Positions 26,260 to 30,079 of a DNA stretch of 30,079 nt are shown one piece after another. Each line of letters starts with the position of its first letter. Position 1 is the stretch's first letter. Made by a program: the position numbers and the translations under genes. This stretch comes from a virus (Duplodnaviria; Caudoviricetes), in the IMG/VR virus record IMGVR_UViG_3300009183_000263, positions 1 to 30,079 of that record. One strand, 5' to 3'. Under the pieces are notes generated by a model, which had not been told where the DNA came from, searched no databases, and was given only the letters and a program-made list of their open reading frames with translations.

Positions 26260-28926
26260 TTACTGACCAATAATTTCGTTGAAATTAGCTCCAGTAGAAG
26301 TGGCGTAGAAGTTCACCAAGATGAACTCGGCAGCACGAACTGGCTTCAGATAGATGTCTACGATTAGTTCATTTTGATCTATTACGGCTGGAGTATTATT
26401 ACGTTTATCACATACGATTTGATAGTCGTATAGCCCTTGTGTGTTCTTCGCACGATCAAATATCGGTGTTAGTACGGATATTACACGATTACGTGTAAAC
26501 ATTGTATTTGGTTCGAACACGAAATACTTTGTGGTCTTCTTTGTGGCTTTTTCTAAGTATAGGAATAGACGACGAACATTGATACGGTCGAATGCACTTG
26601 GTTGACGAAGCAATGTTTTTTGACCAAAGATATTAAAACCATCATTCGGGAAGAACGCAACTGGATTAATGGATACTTTGTACATCATGTCACGTTCCTT
26701 GAGTTTTGGTGTGATAGCTAGTGCTAATGCATTCGTTACACGTCCACGTATGAAACCTGCGGGTGCGTACCATGGTTCGAAGTTTCTGTCTACATTAGCC
26801 ATATCAGCAGCGGCAAATGATGAGAAAGGAACCCATATATTTGTTCCGGAGAACATATCATTAATTTTTGCCCAGTTTCCGTATGTTGTGGCATAACTTG
26901 TGTTTGCTGTTTCGAACAAATGACGAAGAGGATTATAGATATATTGTGAGAATGCCTTGGTGTGATCAGACATAACAGTGTTATTAGCACCAGTTACGAA
27001 TATCTGACGAAGTGGATCGGCAATGAACATACAATCCTTACGAAGATTTTCGCAGAAATTTCCAAATAGTTGGAAAATTGCATTGTAGTTATCTTTTACA
27101 TTATGACGATCATCAGCTGGTGGTTCGTATTCGTTTGTTATCATTGCAAGTAATCCAGACTGTAATCCTACTGTTACTTGGGTATCATCAAAATAAGAGG
27201 TTTCGTTTGCACATGCGGTCGCATAGATAGTTCCAAGACCTGCTTCCACTACTAGATCAAGATCAAATACTTCATCATTTTCTATCTTACGAAGAGTACG
27301 ATCAAGTTTTAATGTTAATGCACCGATGTTTTTTCCGGTGGTTGTGAAGTTTGCATAACTTCCTGCTGGGAATAACGCATCAGCAAAACCAATATAATTT
27401 TTAATTTCGGAAACATCACTCAAATGGAATCCATACTTAGACCAATTGTTTTCGTGATTGTTTTGTAGTGTTGATATTATATTTTGAGAAAACACACGTA
27501 CTTGTTTTTTTGGAATTCCGTGTTCGTCCATCCATGGACCACTGCTCTTGGAGCTTACAAAACTATTAACAAACATTGTGATGTTATTAGAACTATTAAC
27601 AACATTTTCAATGAAGAAACTATTTGCAAGTCCGCCAGTTTGGCTGTTTATGCGACGATAGAAATCCAAAGAACCTGAACGAGATTCTTCAAAAGCAAAA
27701 TCTAGTTTAATTGCATCAGGATTAAATGGGCTAGTACGGAGTTTGAATAATCCAAAAGAAACGGTATCATCAAATTTATCAGTATTGATATCAGGGAAAA
27801 CATCAGATGCTTTTTCTAGTGCTTCGGACATGCTGTTGGAATTACGATTAGTACCAGAATCCTTTGTTGCAGAAAGAGGAAATGCTAGTTTTGATGTAGG
27901 AATCTGCATCAACTTATTAGAGAAATTACCCAAATAACTATCAACTGGCATTAATCCACTACCGCTTGCAGAAGATCCGTTTGTGTAGATAGCACGTACT
28001 GCGGTGTGATCGGTATTGGGTTGTAGATTGGTATTATCAGAAATACCAATATAATGTCCTTCGTAACGGTTGTTAATTGTGGATTGAATTTTATTAACCA
28101 CAACAATTCCAGCTTGTCCGAAGTTAGCTGGAGAGAAAATTGCTGATGTAGCAACACTGCTAGAAGCCCATGTGTTGCTGCTTGCAGTGTATGCAGAACC
28201 ATCAACTACTGCTTGATATTGTGATAGATTTAGATCAAAGAATTTAGGTGCTCCTATTACATAAGTACAATTTTCGCTGGTTAGATCCGTTGTAACCAAA
28301 GTGTCTTTTTGATATGTCATATAATCAATCATACCATAAATTCCTTTGGTTAAAGCATCTGCACTCATACTTGGTATTAGGATTTTAGCATTAAAATATG
28401 CTAGAAATCCTGCGGTGAGTGCAGATCCATCAACAGTTGATAATTTTATATAATCGGGTATACCGTTAGCAGTTAATGAATTGATGTCCAAAGAGAAACT
28501 GGGAGTTCCTACTAGCGTTGCAAGTACTTCATCTACGAAATAAGAAGAAGGAATGGGCGCTGTATTGCGGAATACATATGTAGATTTTTCTTGAATTGCT
28601 ACAACTGGATATACTAATGCACCATAACTAGAACCATATCCTTCTCCGCCTTCGTCACCATAAGGCATACGACTAACGAAAAGATTTCCATTAGAACTAT
28701 TTAAAATTTGACGAGCACTGTAATAGAAATAACGTTCACATGCATTTGTTGGAGTTCCGTATACTTGTTCGAATTCTTGTGTTGATGTGATTTGTAGAAC
28801 TTCATCAGTTGGACCTTTGGGAGCAAACCCTGTCATGAAAATATTTGTACCTGCTGGTAAAATAGGAGATAACGTGAGATCATGTTCGATGATTTCTACA
28901 CCGGGAGATTGAATACTTCTTGCCAT
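26260..28926 (-). CDS. Tail sheath protein, T4 gp18-like (888 aa)
   Basis: SPGVEIIEHDLT...GFAPKGP, RKDCMFIADP, PWYAPAGFIRG, GQKTL...SAFDRINVRRLFLYLEK...FEPN, IYLKPVRAAEFILVNFYAT. Confidence 0.96.
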   Translation of the reverse strand: MARSIQSPGVEIIEHDLTLSPILPAGTNIFMTGFAPKGPTDEVLQITSTQEFEQVYGTPTNACERYFYYSARQILNSSNGNLFVSRMPYGDEGGEGYGSSYGALVYPVVAIQEKSTYVFRNTAPIPSSYFVDEVLATLVGTPSFSLDINSLTANGIPDYIKLSTVDGSALTAGFLAYFNAKILIPSMSADALTKGIYGMIDYMTYQKDTLVTTDLTSENCTYVIGAPKFFDLNLSQYQAVVDGSAYTASSNTWASSSVATSAIFSPANFGQAGIVVVNKIQSTINNRYEGHYIGISDNTNLQPNTDHTAVRAIYTNGSSASGSGLMPVDSYLGNFSNKLMQIPTSKLAFPLSATKDSGTNRNSNSMSEALEKASDVFPDINTDKFDDTVSFGLFKLRTSPFNPDAIKLDFAFEESRSGSLDFYRRINSQTGGLANSFFIENVVNSSNNITMFVNSFVSSKSSGPWMDEHGIPKKQVRVFSQNIISTLQNNHENNWSKYGFHLSDVSEIKNYIGFADALFPAGSYANFTTTGKNIGALTLKLDRTLRKIENDEVFDLDLVVEAGLGTIYATACANETSYFDDTQVTVGLQSGLLAMITNEYEPPADDRHNVKDNYNAIFQLFGNFCENLRKDCMFIADPLRQIFVTGANNTVMSDHTKAFSQYIYNPLRHLFETANTSYATTYGNWAKINDMFSGTNIWVPFSSFAAADMANVDRNFEPWYAPAGFIRGRVTNALALAITPKLKERDMMYKVSINPVAFFPNDGFNIFGQKTLLRQPSAFDRINVRRLFLYLEKATKKTTKYFVFEPNTMFTRNRVISVLTPIFDRAKNTQGLYDYQIVCDKRNNTPAVIDQNELIVDIYLKPVRAAEFILVNFYATSTGANFNEIIGQ

Positions 28927-28931
28927 AATGA

Positions 28932-28937
28932 TATTTA
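28932..28937 (-). promoter_or_regulatory. Late promoter core TAAATA
   Basis: 5 nt upstream of the ATG at 28926. Confidence 0.75.
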
Positions 28938-28958
28938 GTTATTTTTTATTGATTTTTT

Positions 28959-29534
28959 TTATAATGTTATTAAATTTGTTTCAATCCGGCGGAAAACAAA
29001 TTCAAAAGTTGTTTCAATTTCTCCCCCGTCTCTGTAATTGTAACTAATTTCACCCAAGCCCACAGGAAATGCTGATTTATACACCCATTGTATTACATCG
29101 TTATGATATTCATCTTTAGCTGTTATGACGAAATCTGTTGAATATTGTCCCAGTCCCTTGTCTTTTTCCATTTCTGGATGTTCGAAAATTCCAGTTTTTT
29201 CGTTTCTGAGAAGATCTAGCCATTTGTGTATTACCCAATAATTTTTAAATTCGTTGTCCACCGTGAAGTTAACACTAACTGGATCATACGATGGTTTATT
29301 ATGTGACGAAACATACACAGTACTTCCAGCATAACGTACTTCTTCTTGAGGAATAACATTTTTAGGAACAATTGTTCCATATATAGACATTTGTAAACTC
29401 TCTAGATTTACCTTTTCGTTGCTTCTCTCATCATTAGATTTGAGTTTTCTGAGTGCTTCTGGAAGAAAAATCGTTAAAAAGAATTTATCTTTACGTGATT
29501 TATTCAATAATGATTGATCGTAATGATTAGACAT
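28959..29534 (-). CDS. Tail completion/terminator protein, T4 gp3-like (tube fold)
   Basis: YDPVSVNFTVDNEFKNYWVIHKWL...YKSAFPVGLGEISY...FEF. Start MSNH at 29534. Confidence 0.7.
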   Translation of the reverse strand: MSNHYDQSLLNKSRKDKFFLTIFLPEALRKLKSNDERSNEKVNLESLQMSIYGTIVPKNVIPQEEVRYAGSTVYVSSHNKPSYDPVSVNFTVDNEFKNYWVIHKWLDLLRNEKTGIFEHPEMEKDKGLGQYSTDFVITAKDEYHNDVIQWVYKSAFPVGLGEISYNYRDGGEIETTFEFVFRRIETNLITL

Positions 29535-29539
29535 ATGTA

Positions 29540-29545
29540 TATTTA
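29540..29545 (-). promoter_or_regulatory. Late promoter core TAAATA overlapping the terminase stop codon
   Basis: 5 nt upstream of the ATG at 29534; its TAA is the terminase stop. Confidence 0.65.
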
Positions 29546-30079
29546 GATTCCGTATGGTTTCCATCCTTGCAGGGATAAATCATCCATATCACTAATATCC
29601 GAATACTCGCCACCCATAATAGAAGGAAGTGCATCGCCTCCGGTGCCGTCTTTTTCGTTTGTGTATATAGATGTGGGATTCATGAAATACTTAATTCCGT
29701 AATCCATAGATTTAATTACTTTGGGTTTTCCGCATTCATCCTTTTCTACTATATCAAAAAATACAGATGCCATGTCTTCATGTAATATCATGAGTGCCCA
29801 TACAAGTGACATGACTCGGTCATCATGTGCTCCGTGTTTTGCTCCCCATGTACCACTTTTTGTTCTTGTAAAGTCTTTCATTTCCAAGATAGTATTGATA
29901 TCATTTATTTGCACGGCTTTTATAGTGTTAACCCAATACCGTTGATTCATGATACCAGTGTATTTTGTGTTTGTGTGTGCTATGATCCCGTATTTGTTGG
30001 TTACCCGTTGTACAACTTTATCAATACCCCAGTTTACAATACTATCGTAATTATATTCACGTTTTAGATTATCCACGAC
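29543..30079 (-). CDS. Terminase large subunit (gp17-like), C-terminal nuclease part; 5' end lies outside the window
   Basis: EMKDF...GTWGAKHGAHDDRVMSLVWAL matches the gp17 'G.HDD.VM' motif; the frame is open to the window edge. Confidence 0.88.
   Translation of the reverse strand, partial: VVDNLKREYNYDSIVNWGIDKVVQRVTNKYGIIAHTNTKYTGIMNQRYWVNTIKAVQINDINTILEMKDFTRTKSGTWGAKHGAHDDRVMSLVWALMILHEDMASVFFDIVEKDECGKPKVIKSMDYGIKYFMNPTSIYTNEKDGTGGDALPSIMGGEYSDISDMDDLSLQGWKPYGI

Noticed and set aside
8585-28926. Bacterial contractile injection system (eCIS/T6SS/tailocin) rather than a phage
   Set aside because: Terminase, gp44-like clamp loader, dUTPase, T4-type late promoters and a Hef-like endonuclease indicate a genuine T4-like phage.
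615-30067. Numerous short plus-strand and nested ORFs in the ORF track (e.g. 615-1025, 6844-7185, 14247-14570, 19396-19743, 20545-21183, 26790-26990, 27951-28205)
   Set aside because: They lie antisense to or inside well-supported long genes, lack promoters or recognisable motifs, and look like shadow ORFs.
1-30079. Alternative genetic code (stop-codon reassignment), as found in some large phages
   Set aside because: Genes tile the window at full expected length under code 11; TGA (11480) and TAG (23036) appear to act as real stops.

Overview
AT-rich (roughly 30% GC by eye), densely coded segment of a large T4-like myophage genome, read in standard code 11 and almost all on the minus strand. 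In transcription order (right to left): C-terminal part of the large terminase, gp3-like tail terminator, an enlarged tail sheath, a free-standing Hef-like endonuclease with a C-terminal Mom/GNAT-like domain, tail tube, gp54-like, two gp26-like proteins (one with a gp51-like tail), a hydrophobic repeat-rich tape measure, gp48-like, gp53, a hub-like protein and a 3D-domain protein. An inserted block follows (plus-strand gp16-like small terminase; sigma70-driven dUTPase and intein-containing clamp loader; a plus-strand unknown gene). Then come gp25, gp6, a PKD/beta-propeller gp7-like protein, a large unknown protein, an Ig-domain protein and a truncated tail fibre/spike. The most striking signal is regulatory. 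Nine genes have the T4-type late promoter core TAAATA exactly 5 nt before the start codon, and the sigma70-type promoter also places +1 at about the ATG. Most remaining genes start within 3 nt of the upstream stop, and clear Shine-Dalgarno motifs are essentially absent. This suggests expression by leaderless mRNAs plus translational coupling. All product calls come from motif recognition by eye and from synteny, not from database searches.
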